From Spirochaetaceae bacterium (GTDB lineage Bacteria > Spirochaetota > Spirochaetia > DSM-2461): a DNA stretch of 24,000 nucleotides. The stretch lies in assembly GCA_051531975.1 (NCBI GenBank), contig JAOPTT010000002.1, forward strand, positions 250,201-274,200. The letters run 5' to 3'. Both the position numbers and the translations under genes were made by a program. Positions within the stretch are counted from its first letter, which is position 1. Every line of letters starts with the position of its first letter. This document shows positions 7,939 to 16,230 of the stretch, piece after piece. The notes under the pieces were generated by a model, which saw nothing but the letters and a program-made list of their open reading frames with translations, ran no database searches and was not told where the DNA came from.

Positions 7939-9117
7939 TTATAAAGCTCTATTCTTAGAATATTTGTTAGGAGTGGTATTAGTTACTTTTTTAAAAATCC
8001 TAGAAAAGTGCTCAACATTAGGATACCCAACAGCCTCACTTATTTCATAAACTTTTAGGTTTGTATCAGTTAATAATTTCTTAGCTTCGTTTACTCGAAC
8101 TTTCATTACATAATCCCTAAATGTTATACCAGCCTCTTTCTTAAATTGAGCGCTTAAATGATTTTTTGAGATCTCTACATAGGTACTTACTTCTTCTAGA
8201 GATAGTTGGCTATTGTTATAATGCTCCCTTATATATTTTTTAGATCTTCTGACCATTCTACTTTCGCTTCGTTCCATTGATTTAATATATTTATACAATT
8301 CTGGTAATGTTTTAATATCTTCAGCTTCATAACTTACAAAATAATCTAAATTTATTCCTAGACCATCGTATATTATACTTAAAAAATCCTTACAAAATGA
8401 CTTACAATAACTTTCTGGAGTCTTATTATCATTAACTTCTAATATACAAACCCACTCTTTTTTATTTATTGGAGTAAAATAACCTTTCCCTCGTTTTTTT
8501 AAAAACTGTTTACCTTGAATTGTTATTAAGTCGGGAATACTCTGTTCCTCTTTTCTAATTTCGCTATAAGGATCTGTTATTGAGCATAATATGAGAGGTG
8601 GTTCAATTTTAATATTAATATCATCTAACAAGGTTAGTGTATTATAAAAGTTCTTGTTTTCAAGTAGATCTATTATTAATTTATGACCCATATAATCTAA
8701 GTCCTTTTTTTTAACAACCGATGATTTATCCACCCTAGAAGAGACCTCTGTACTACTCTTTTTTAATATAGATAACAGACTTTCTTCATCTATATCCATC
8801 TTTAAGATATAATCTATTGCACCTAACTGAAATGATTTTCTAACATAGTCATACTGATCATTAGCACTTAATACAATAACTCCACCCTTAAAGTCTGTTT
8901 GTGGTAACTGCTCTAAAAAACCTATTCCATTAAGTTTTGGCATGTGCATATCTAAGAGAATAATATCTATTTCTGTTCCATTATTTATTATTTCAAGTGC
9001 TTCTAAACCATTAGAAGCTTCTGCAACAAAGGAAAAATTGTGCTCCTCCCAGTTGGAGAAAGATAAAATAGATGCTCGAACTAATGGTTCATCGTCTATT
9101 ATCATTACGTTAATCAA
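7939..9117 (-). CDS. Response regulator with a C-terminal AraC/XylS HTH (YesN-like)
   Basis: The receiver domain has MIIDDEPLV...DIILLDMHMPKLNG. The AraC HTH reads LSLEEVSTYVEISKNHLSAQFKKEAGITFRDYVMKVRVNEAKKLL...VGYPNVEHFSRIFKK. The start is ambiguous. TTG 9117 has AGGGAG 6 nt upstream, and ATG 9105 is the alternative. The track's 9147 start lies inside the kinase gene. Confidence 0.9.
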   Translation of the reverse strand: MINVMIIDDEPLVRASILSFSNWEEHNFSFVAEASNGLEALEIINNGTEIDIILLDMHMPKLNGIGFLEQLPQTDFKGGVIVLSANDQYDYVRKSFQLGAIDYILKMDIDEESLLSILKKSSTEVSSRVDKSSVVKKKDLDYMGHKLIIDLLENKNFYNTLTLLDDINIKIEPPLILCSITDPYSEIRKEEQSIPDLITIQGKQFLKKRGKGYFTPINKKEWVCILEVNDNKTPESYCKSFCKDFLSIIYDGLGINLDYFVSYEAEDIKTLPELYKYIKSMERSESRMVRRSKKYIREHYNNSQLSLEEVSTYVEISKNHLSAQFKKEAGITFRDYVMKVRVNEAKKLLTDTNLKVYEISEAVGYPNVEHFSRIFKKVTNTTPNKYSKNRAL

Positions 9118-10822
9118 TAGTTTCTCCCTTGTACGGTAATAAAACACTTACTTTGGTATAACAATTAGTTTTACTAGATGTTCTGATTCCAAATTCGTCT
9201 CCGTAGTTGAGCTTTATTCTTCTATCTACATTTTTTAAGCCAATATGGGTAAAAGAACCTCTGTTTTGCTGATGCTGATTATTAGAAATACCTACACCGT
9301 TATCAATAATATCTATTAATATATTTTCATTATGTTTTTTAACCCTAATTAATATAATATCTCTAACCTTGGAATCGACAAAACCATGAACAATAGAGTT
9401 TTCAACAATTGGTTGTAATAACATTTTTAAAATAGTTAAAGATTCTAAATCAATATCTATGTTTGTCTTTAAATCTATAGGAGTACTAAACCGTACTTTC
9501 ATAATATGAATATAACTTTTTAATAACTTTATCTCATCTTTTATTGTAGTTTTATTACCGTCGTTCCTAAAACTATCGTTTACTAACTTCATTAAAGATG
9601 CTGTCATATTTTTAATATTATCGTTTTTATTAACAACAGCCATTAACCTAATAGAGTTTAGAGTATTTCCTATGAAGTGTGGATTTATCTGATACTGTAG
9701 AGCTTGTAATTCTAAACGACTTTTTTCTTTTTCATTTTTCTCTTTTCCCTTTGTTAATAGATGTATTTTTTTTACCATACTATTAAAACTATGAATTAAC
9801 CTTCGCATTTCAAACTCTTTTGGTTCAGGTGCTTGAGTAGTATAATCCCCGGATTCAACTAACTTCATTTTCTCTATTAAACCATTTAAGGGGTTAATTA
9901 AACTATTAAAAAACAGTAATGAATAAAGTAAAAAAAGTAGAATCAATCCACTTATAATTATTATAAATATTCTCTGTATAGCAAAAAGTGATTTTGTATG
10001 TTTATCTAGATTTAATGACTGAGTTAAGGTCCAAGTAGTAGATAAAATTGCAGAATCTAATAATATCCAATTCTTTTTATCAATAACACTGTTTTTTCTC
10101 TTATTATTTAAATCATTAGATAAATTGTGGCCATTAGGATCTAAAATTACATCTCCCAAATTACTAGTAATATATAAAAACTGGTCTAAAGATGAGTTTT
10201 TTGTTATATCCATTAATAAGTTAATAGGGTATGAAAATACTATTTTATCAATAAACTCATAATGTGTAGTTCCTTTTAAGTCTAATGCAAAAGATAAATG
10301 TGGTGTTTTATCTATAATAGTAAATAAATTATCAAATAGTTTTAATCTTCGTGGAGTCTCTTCAAGGTTATCTAAAAATACTTGATCGATTATTGGTGGT
10401 TTACCTACATTGGTAAACAGAGGACTATTTTTATACATAAAAGGTGGTTTCCCATTTATATAAACAGTAATAAAACCAACTTTATTTGTATATAAAAACA
10501 GTCTACTTAATTCTAAGTCTATAAGATTATACAGGTCATATAATTTCTCTTTATCCTTTTCCTTACTATATTCGACACAATGTTTAAGAAACTCCTTGTT
10601 ATGGCTTAAAGCACTACTTAATATACTTAGAGAAATTACTTCGTTACTAATATTTTGTGACATCTGGTTAACCGTTTCCTGCATCTGTACGTGATACAAA
10701 TTCTGCTGGGACCTAATATATACAAGATTAATACCTACTACAGTCAATGTAACAGGTATCATTATACAGAGAGAAAAGGTAATTAGGTATTTAAACGATA
10801 ACTTATGAATTTTAAATTTCAT
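9110..10822 (-). CDS. Sensor histidine kinase, YesM/LytS-type (two TM segments, extracytoplasmic domain, HAMP, His_kinase, HATPase_c)
   Basis: 570 aa. The phosphoacceptor region is LQYQINPHFIGNTLNSIRLMA. The ATPase motifs are QPIVENSIVHG and IIDNGVGIS. Confidence 0.9.
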   Translation of the reverse strand: MKFKIHKLSFKYLITFSLCIMIPVTLTVVGINLVYIRSQQNLYHVQMQETVNQMSQNISNEVISLSILSSALSHNKEFLKHCVEYSKEKDKEKLYDLYNLIDLELSRLFLYTNKVGFITVYINGKPPFMYKNSPLFTNVGKPPIIDQVFLDNLEETPRRLKLFDNLFTIIDKTPHLSFALDLKGTTHYEFIDKIVFSYPINLLMDITKNSSLDQFLYITSNLGDVILDPNGHNLSNDLNNKRKNSVIDKKNWILLDSAILSTTWTLTQSLNLDKHTKSLFAIQRIFIIIISGLILLFLLYSLLFFNSLINPLNGLIEKMKLVESGDYTTQAPEPKEFEMRRLIHSFNSMVKKIHLLTKGKEKNEKEKSRLELQALQYQINPHFIGNTLNSIRLMAVVNKNDNIKNMTASLMKLVNDSFRNDGNKTTIKDEIKLLKSYIHIMKVRFSTPIDLKTNIDIDLESLTILKMLLQPIVENSIVHGFVDSKVRDIILIRVKKHNENILIDIIDNGVGISNNQHQQNRGSFTHIGLKNVDRRIKLNYGDEFGIRTSSKTNCYTKVSVLLPYKGETID

Positions 10823-10855
10823 TTGGTAATGTTATTATTAAATCCTTTAATTAGC

Positions 10856-10900
10856 AAACAATATTATTCCTTATTAAAAAGTGTATTAAACAATATTATT
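10856..10900. repeat. Exact 13-bp direct repeat AAACAATATTATT, two copies 32 bp apart, upstream of the kinase gene
   Basis: The copies sit at 10856-10868 and 10888-10900, read directly. The second copy spans the TetR stop codon (10896-10898). Confidence 0.5.
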
Positions 10901-11462
10901 TCCCCAATCCCTTTTTTAAAAAGTGTAAAAATTGATCAATGTCGTTAAAATCTGTAAAGATATCGTGGTATAAATTAAAAAGAGAAGAGATAAGTTTTAA
11001 TATAAAATCATCCGTATATTCTTTAGAAAATTCCTGGTTTTTAATTGCTCTGAAAATCATATTTTCTAAGGTTTTTGTACTATCTCCACCTAAATCTACT
11101 AGAACCTGTTTATATATAGGTTTATCTTTTTCTTTAATTAACTTCTGGGATAAAGCTTCATATTTAGGATATTTATTACCAAAGCTAAGACCTAACTTCA
11201 TTTGATAACTTAGCGTTTCAAAAATATCTAAATTGTCAGATTTTAAACTTTGTTCACTGTTAATAAACTGCCATTTTTTATCAAAAGAATCTTTAAGTAA
11301 ATATATATAAATGTCATATTTATTTTTAAAATGATGATAAAAGGCACCTTTACTCATCCCAGATTTTTTAATAATTGTATTAAGTGAGGATTCATCATAA
11401 CTTTTAGATGAAAACTCACTTAGAGCAGATTCAAGTAGTTCATGTTCATATTTAAAACTCAT
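10896..11462 (-). CDS. TetR/AcrR-family transcriptional regulator
   Basis: 188 aa. The N-terminal HTH reads SLNTIIKKSGMSKGAFYHHFKNKYDIY. Its ATG overlaps the SDR stop codon (ATGA at 11459-11462). Confidence 0.9.
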   Translation of the reverse strand: MSFKYEHELLESALSEFSSKSYDESSLNTIIKKSGMSKGAFYHHFKNKYDIYIYLLKDSFDKKWQFINSEQSLKSDNLDIFETLSYQMKLGLSFGNKYPKYEALSQKLIKEKDKPIYKQVLVDLGGDSTKTLENMIFRAIKNQEFSKEYTDDFILKLISSLFNLYHDIFTDFNDIDQFLHFLKKGLGK

Positions 11463-12331
11463 TTAAGTTCATCTATATAAGATAGTGACAAATTCATAAC
11501 CTTATCTATGTTTTCTAAATTATGGGTATACTTATTTGAATCAACAACGTTGTTTTTCTCATTGAAATATTTACCTGAGATGTTATTAACTTCATCTGAA
11601 ATCGACAGATATGTATATGTTTTAGCCATTTGAGCCGTTGTTAAAGATTTTTTAGCTTTTTGTTTATAAACCCACTTCATAAATGATGATAACTCTGGAT
11701 GCCTAGATATATCAATTTGTACTGCAGTTACTCTTATTGAATTCACGGTTATATTACTATCTTCTAGTTTTTTTGCTAACCAATATGTATACATAACCTG
11801 AGCTCTTTTAGACTGATAATATGCATTAACTATACTGAATTTCCTGTTTTTAAACTCAGGATCAACTAAGTCTACTTTTAACATAGGTTTTGCTAATAAT
11901 CCCTGGGACGATATTGTAATAATCCTGCCCTGTTTACTCTTCTTTAATAGATCCATTAAAAGATGTGTTAATAAAATTGGACCGATATGATTTATTGCCC
12001 ATATATTTTCAATGCCTTCCTTTGTCAAAATAGGTTCTTTTTGAGTTATATTAAATACTGCCGCATTATGAATTAAAACATCAACTTTATCATATTTTTC
12101 ATTTATAGATTTAGCAAACGCCCTAACAGAATTTAATTCCCCCATATCAACAATTTTTAGCTCAAGTGAAAAATCGGCATTTAGTTTCATAATGTCTTTA
12201 TATGTCTCTTCACCTCTGGTGATATTTCTACAAGCCATAATTACATGGCAATTATTTTCTAATAATTGGATTACAGATTCTCGTCCAATACCTGCATTTG
12301 ATCCTGTTACTATACAAATCTTTTTGTCCAT
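11459..12331 (-). CDS. Short-chain dehydrogenase/reductase (classical SDR, retinol-dehydrogenase-like)
   Basis: Motifs present: TGSNAGIG (cofactor binding), HNAAV, and the YYQSK catalytic YxxxK. I prefer ATG 12331 (MDKKICIVTG) because GGAG lies 5 nt upstream. The track ORF extends to 12361. Confidence 0.9.
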   Translation of the reverse strand: MDKKICIVTGSNAGIGRESVIQLLENNCHVIMACRNITRGEETYKDIMKLNADFSLELKIVDMGELNSVRAFAKSINEKYDKVDVLIHNAAVFNITQKEPILTKEGIENIWAINHIGPILLTHLLMDLLKKSKQGRIITISSQGLLAKPMLKVDLVDPEFKNRKFSIVNAYYQSKRAQVMYTYWLAKKLEDSNITVNSIRVTAVQIDISRHPELSSFMKWVYKQKAKKSLTTAQMAKTYTYLSISDEVNNISGKYFNEKNNVVDSNKYTHNLENIDKVMNLSLSYIDELK

Positions 12332-12340
12332 ACACACTCC

Positions 12341-12356
12341 TAGACCACATGGTCTA
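12341..12356. promoter_or_regulatory. Candidate TetR operator: palindrome TAGACCA-CA-TGGTCTA between the -10 and the RBS of the SDR-TetR operon
   Basis: 7-2-7 perfect inverted repeat read directly. A related degenerate copy (CCACATGTCTA, 12371-12381) lies in the promoter spacer. Confidence 0.55.
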
Positions 12357-12361
12357 ATCAA

Positions 12362-12390
12362 AGATTACAGCCACATGTCTATAATGTCAA
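12362..12390 (-). promoter_or_regulatory. Sigma-70-type promoter of the SDR-TetR operon
   Basis: The minus strand reads TTGACA (12390-12385), a 17-nt spacer, then TAATCT (12367-12362). It lies about 30 nt upstream of ATG 12331. Confidence 0.5.
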
Positions 12391-12417
12391 GTCACCGATA
12401 TACAAGAAACTATTATT

Positions 12418-13767
12418 TTATAGAGTTTCTTTATTTGTAGTAATATCTTGTTTACCAAAGCTATACCAATCGATTTTTCTTGTTACAACCATAATTCCTC
12501 CAACAATAGTAAATAGACCAAGACTTCCCATTAAAAGGGCATAATCTTCAGAGTTGATCATGAAAAACATAAAGACATATGTAACTAACATTATTGGAAA
12601 TAGTAGCAGACCTTGTTTAATACTTTTTAAAAAATAGCAGGCATAATATGTAATTAGGGCACTGACCATTGTCACTCCAACAATATATGACCAATAAAAA
12701 CTAAAATGTTCCCCAAATGATAACAGTAGTAAAAAAAACAGAATTGAAGTTATACCAACAAATAGATAGTGGAAGACATGAACTCTTTTTTTACTAAATA
12801 TCTCCATCAAAAAGAATGTAATAAAAGGTATAATTAAAAACAGACCACCATATTTAACACACCTTTCTGCCATTAAATATAGATCCACAGGGAATAATAA
12901 TTTAAGCCCAAAAGATGAGGATTTAAAGTTACTACTTTTCATATCTGCTTCATTCATCTCTTTAGAAAAATCTCTAGAGAATGAATTTACATACCAGTTT
13001 GCATTAAAACCTTGGTTTTCTACGATATTATGCTCTGTAGGTAAGTTAGAACCGTAAAAAGAAGGTGAATCCCACTTTGATTTGATATTTACATTAGTTT
13101 CAGATCCTAAGGGTATAAACCCTAAACTCTTGCCACCTTGAATAGAAGTTAATAATCTAAAAGATAAACTTTCTGTTCTTTGACCTATTTTAATTGGAGT
13201 TGATAGACCTCCAGAATATACAATATTACTGTACGATCCTTTTTCCAAATTATACTCCATATTATCAATATAAAGTTTAGGTCTACTTGTATAACCTTTT
13301 ATATTTGAAACCTCATAAACAACAAATGCTTTATCCCAGAATATTGAATCGATAGTATCTGAAATGTTAGTAAAATCTGGTTTTGAAAAAGTTCCAGCCA
13401 TCTCTATATTTGAGTTATAAACAAGAAATTCATAAATACCTCTCTTTTTGATAACAGGGTTGATATCACCAGTAATATTAAGTTCATTAGGTAAAAAATA
13501 TGCATTTCTCTGCAAATATCGTACCTTCTTATCAACATCTACAATCTTTACATTATACGGAATTATCAATACTGGGCTTGATAAAACCATCCCGCCACCA
13601 TAACTTTGTATTAGTTCATTTTCTGCAACTTTCCTTGTACTGTTTCTCTGCTTAATAACAGATTCAATCATTCCCAATGGAATTAATAATAACGATGTTA
13701 TTAAAATCATTGTTAAACCCTTTAATACAATTGGGTCTTTTACTAATCCTTTTTTTTCTTTAATCAT
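12418..13767 (-). CDS. creD: Inner-membrane protein CreD
   Basis: 449 aa. It has an N-terminal TM segment, a large periplasmic region and a C-terminal 5-TM block. These stretches align by eye to E. coli CreD: SKWDSPSFYGSNLP...QGFNANWYV, VKYGGLFLIIPFITFF, HYLFVGITSILFFLLLLSFGEH and VVTRKIDWYSF. Confidence 0.85.
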   Translation of the reverse strand: MIKEKKGLVKDPIVLKGLTMILITSLLLIPLGMIESVIKQRNSTRKVAENELIQSYGGGMVLSSPVLIIPYNVKIVDVDKKVRYLQRNAYFLPNELNITGDINPVIKKRGIYEFLVYNSNIEMAGTFSKPDFTNISDTIDSIFWDKAFVVYEVSNIKGYTSRPKLYIDNMEYNLEKGSYSNIVYSGGLSTPIKIGQRTESLSFRLLTSIQGGKSLGFIPLGSETNVNIKSKWDSPSFYGSNLPTEHNIVENQGFNANWYVNSFSRDFSKEMNEADMKSSNFKSSSFGLKLLFPVDLYLMAERCVKYGGLFLIIPFITFFLMEIFSKKRVHVFHYLFVGITSILFFLLLLSFGEHFSFYWSYIVGVTMVSALITYYACYFLKSIKQGLLLFPIMLVTYVFMFFMINSEDYALLMGSLGLFTIVGGIMVVTRKIDWYSFGKQDITTNKETL

Positions 13768-13827
13768 TTTATCTCTCCTAATATTTTATATTTGTATTGT
13801 AGGTATCAAAAAAGATTAAAAGATGTT

Positions 13828-13847
13828 CAAAATGTGGCAAAACTGTG
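13828..13847. promoter_or_regulatory. Tandem direct repeat CAAAATGTG / CAAAACTGTG (period about 10 bp) in the creD / response-regulator divergent region; candidate OmpR-family binding site
   Basis: Read directly. Further tandem repeats lie adjacent: AAAAGAT x2 at 13810-13824 and TTGTA x2 at 13792-13801. Confidence 0.3.
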
Positions 13848-13860
13848 TCATATTATTTAT

Positions 13861-14556
13861 ATGGAATTGCATAAACTAAATATTGTCATTGTTGAAGATG
13901 AAGAAAACCTACGTCACAGTCTTGAATATACCTTTAATAAAGAGGGGTATAATGTCGCAGTATTTCCTAACGGAAAAGTTGCATTAGAAAATATAAAGGA
14001 AAAAATCCCGGATCTAATTATTTCAGATATAATGATGCCCTTACTTGATGGTTTAGAGCTGTGTAAAGAGGTTAGAAAGTTCAATCAGCAAATTCCTTTT
14101 ATTTTTTTAACATCTAGAGATGATGAATTTGATCGTATTTTAGGTCTTGAAATTGGTGCAGATGATTATCTATGTAAACCCTTCTCTTTAAGGGAACTAA
14201 CAACAAGGGTCAAAGTTCTTTTTAGAAGAGTTAATAGAAATAAAGTAGATGATTCTAAAAATATTAAATCAGGAAATTTGTCCCTAAACCCTAATTCATA
14301 TACCGGGGATTTAGATGGTAAAAATATAACATTAACAGTTTCTGAATTTCGTCTATTAGAGTCTTTAATGGAAACCCCTGGTAATGTAAAAACCAGAGAG
14401 CAATTGATTAAAGCAGCCTACCCCCACGATAGTTATATCTCAGATAGAAATATCGATTGTCATATAAAAAGAGTAAGAAAGAAGATTACATTATTAGACC
14501 CAGAGTTTAATAGAATTAAAACAGTTTATGGATTAGGATATAAGTTAGAACTATGA
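13861..14556 (+). CDS. OmpR/PhoB-family response regulator (CreB-like)
   Basis: The receiver domain has NIVIVEDEENL...DLIISDIMMPLLDG...KPF. The winged-helix domain has LTVSEFRLLESLM...VYGLGYKLE. I prefer ATG 13861 (MELHKLNIVIVEDE). The track's TTG at 13792 adds 23 atypical residues. No clear SD sequence is present. Confidence 0.88.
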   Translation: MELHKLNIVIVEDEENLRHSLEYTFNKEGYNVAVFPNGKVALENIKEKIPDLIISDIMMPLLDGLELCKEVRKFNQQIPFIFLTSRDDEFDRILGLEIGADDYLCKPFSLRELTTRVKVLFRRVNRNKVDDSKNIKSGNLSLNPNSYTGDLDGKNITLTVSEFRLLESLMETPGNVKTREQLIKAAYPHDSYISDRNIDCHIKRVRKKITLLDPEFNRIKTVYGLGYKLEL

Positions 14557-16121
14557 TATTAAAAAAAGTTATTAAACTATTATCAAAAATCACTGTTAGG
14601 TTACTACTTTTTAATATACTACTTATCTTTATTCCAATTGCTTTTTTCTTCTACTTAGATATTTACGAAAACAAACTTTTAACTGCCCAAGAAAACTCAA
14701 TGGTTATGCAGGGAAGAATAATATCCAGTTCTTTAGAAAATAGAGAAAACTTACAATTAGAATCTAAAAACTTAATAGATAATTTAAATAAAAATGTTAC
14801 TTCAAGAATAAGAATAATATCAAAAGATGGAGTCTTATTAGCAGATTCTAGTAAACAAGATTTTATATTAGAACCAATTGCAGATAGAGAATATAAAATC
14901 GAGGAACTATCTGTAGATGAGAATATACTTTATAAGTTAGTTCGTTTCCCTCTAGATTTTGTTAGATATGTATTAAGAGGCCCAAAAGAGGGTACGAGTT
15001 CAACAGAGTATTATTCAGATAATAGTTACTTAGATGGTTATGAAGTTAAACAATCTTTATTGGGAAAGTACGGTGCAAATACTAGAATATCATCAGGAGG
15101 GGAGAGGTCTGTTACACTTTATATATCCCTACCTATCTATAATAACAGCGATATTGTTAGTGTTGTACTATTATCAAAATCTACATATGGCATTCTACAG
15201 GACTTGTATCAGATCCGTTTAGAAATATTAAAAATATTTTTAGTATCATTCTTTTTAGCAATATTAATAAGCCTAATTTTATCTAAAACTATTGCAGGAC
15301 CAATTAAAAACTTACGAAACCAAGCTAAGGAGATTGTAGATAAGAGAGGAAGATTAATAACTCACTTTAAAAAAAGTAGACGATTAGATGAAATTGGAGA
15401 TCTAAATATATCTCTGCAAGAGTTAACATATAAACTTCAAAATTATACAGAAAAAACAGAGTCTTTTGCTTCTGACTTATCCCATGAGTTTAAAAATCCA
15501 CTTTCTTCAATAAAAACTGCAACAGAGATTATTAAAAACAACTCAGGGAGTTCAGAAAACAGTAAATTCCTAGATATAATTGAGAGTGAAATTTCCAGGT
15601 TAAATAGATTAATAACAGATGTTAGGGAGATATCTATAATTGATAGCCAAATAGATCCTTCCGATGGAGTAATTATACATCCAATAACAGTTATTAAATC
15701 TATTGTTGCAAATTTTGAGTTAAAAACAAAAAACCGAGGTCTGATTTTTGATATTATTAACAACACAGATAAAGCTATATTAGTATCACCAATTAGGTTC
15801 TCTAGGGTAATTGAAAATATAGTATCTAATGCTATTAGTTTTTCTCCAGATAATTCCACTATAACTGTAGAAATAACAGCTAATAAAAAATATATAAATA
15901 TTGTTATAAAAGACCAAGGACCAGGTATTCCTACAGAAAATATAAACAAAATATTTAATAGGTTTTTTACTTACAGAGAGAGTAATAAAAATCGAAACTC
16001 AGGGTTGGGACTATCTATAAGTCTGGCCATAATTAAGGTTTATGGTGGGAATATCAAGGCTTTTAATAATATAGATATTGGTGCCAATTTTCAGATTGAA
16101 CTTCCACAATTTAAGCCTTAA
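14553..16121 (+). CDS. Sensor histidine kinase (CreC-like: TM, periplasmic domain, TM, HAMP, HisKA, HATPase_c)
   Basis: 522 aa. The H-box is ASDLSHEFKNPLSSI, the N-box is IENIVSNAISFS, and the G-boxes are DQGPGIP and GLGLSI. Its start overlaps the regulator stop (ATGA). Confidence 0.9.
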   Translation: MILKKVIKLLSKITVRLLLFNILLIFIPIAFFFYLDIYENKLLTAQENSMVMQGRIISSSLENRENLQLESKNLIDNLNKNVTSRIRIISKDGVLLADSSKQDFILEPIADREYKIEELSVDENILYKLVRFPLDFVRYVLRGPKEGTSSTEYYSDNSYLDGYEVKQSLLGKYGANTRISSGGERSVTLYISLPIYNNSDIVSVVLLSKSTYGILQDLYQIRLEILKIFLVSFFLAILISLILSKTIAGPIKNLRNQAKEIVDKRGRLITHFKKSRRLDEIGDLNISLQELTYKLQNYTEKTESFASDLSHEFKNPLSSIKTATEIIKNNSGSSENSKFLDIIESEISRLNRLITDVREISIIDSQIDPSDGVIIHPITVIKSIVANFELKTKNRGLIFDIINNTDKAILVSPIRFSRVIENIVSNAISFSPDNSTITVEITANKKYINIVIKDQGPGIPTENINKIFNRFFTYRESNKNRNSGLGLSISLAIIKVYGGNIKAFNNIDIGANFQIELPQFKP

Positions 16122-16230
16122 TTAAGATTTACGATTTAACAGATTGCTTATAGCCTTCTGTTAGAGTAATATCCACCTATGAAGAAAACCTTTATAATGG
16201 CACACCCTAAAAAAGCTAAGGATAGACTGT

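Noticed and set aside
16138-16162. Hairpin AACAGA-N13-TCTGTT after the CreC-like kinase gene, considered as a terminator
   Set aside because: The stem is a weak 6 bp and AT-rich, the loop is 13 nt, and no T-tract follows.
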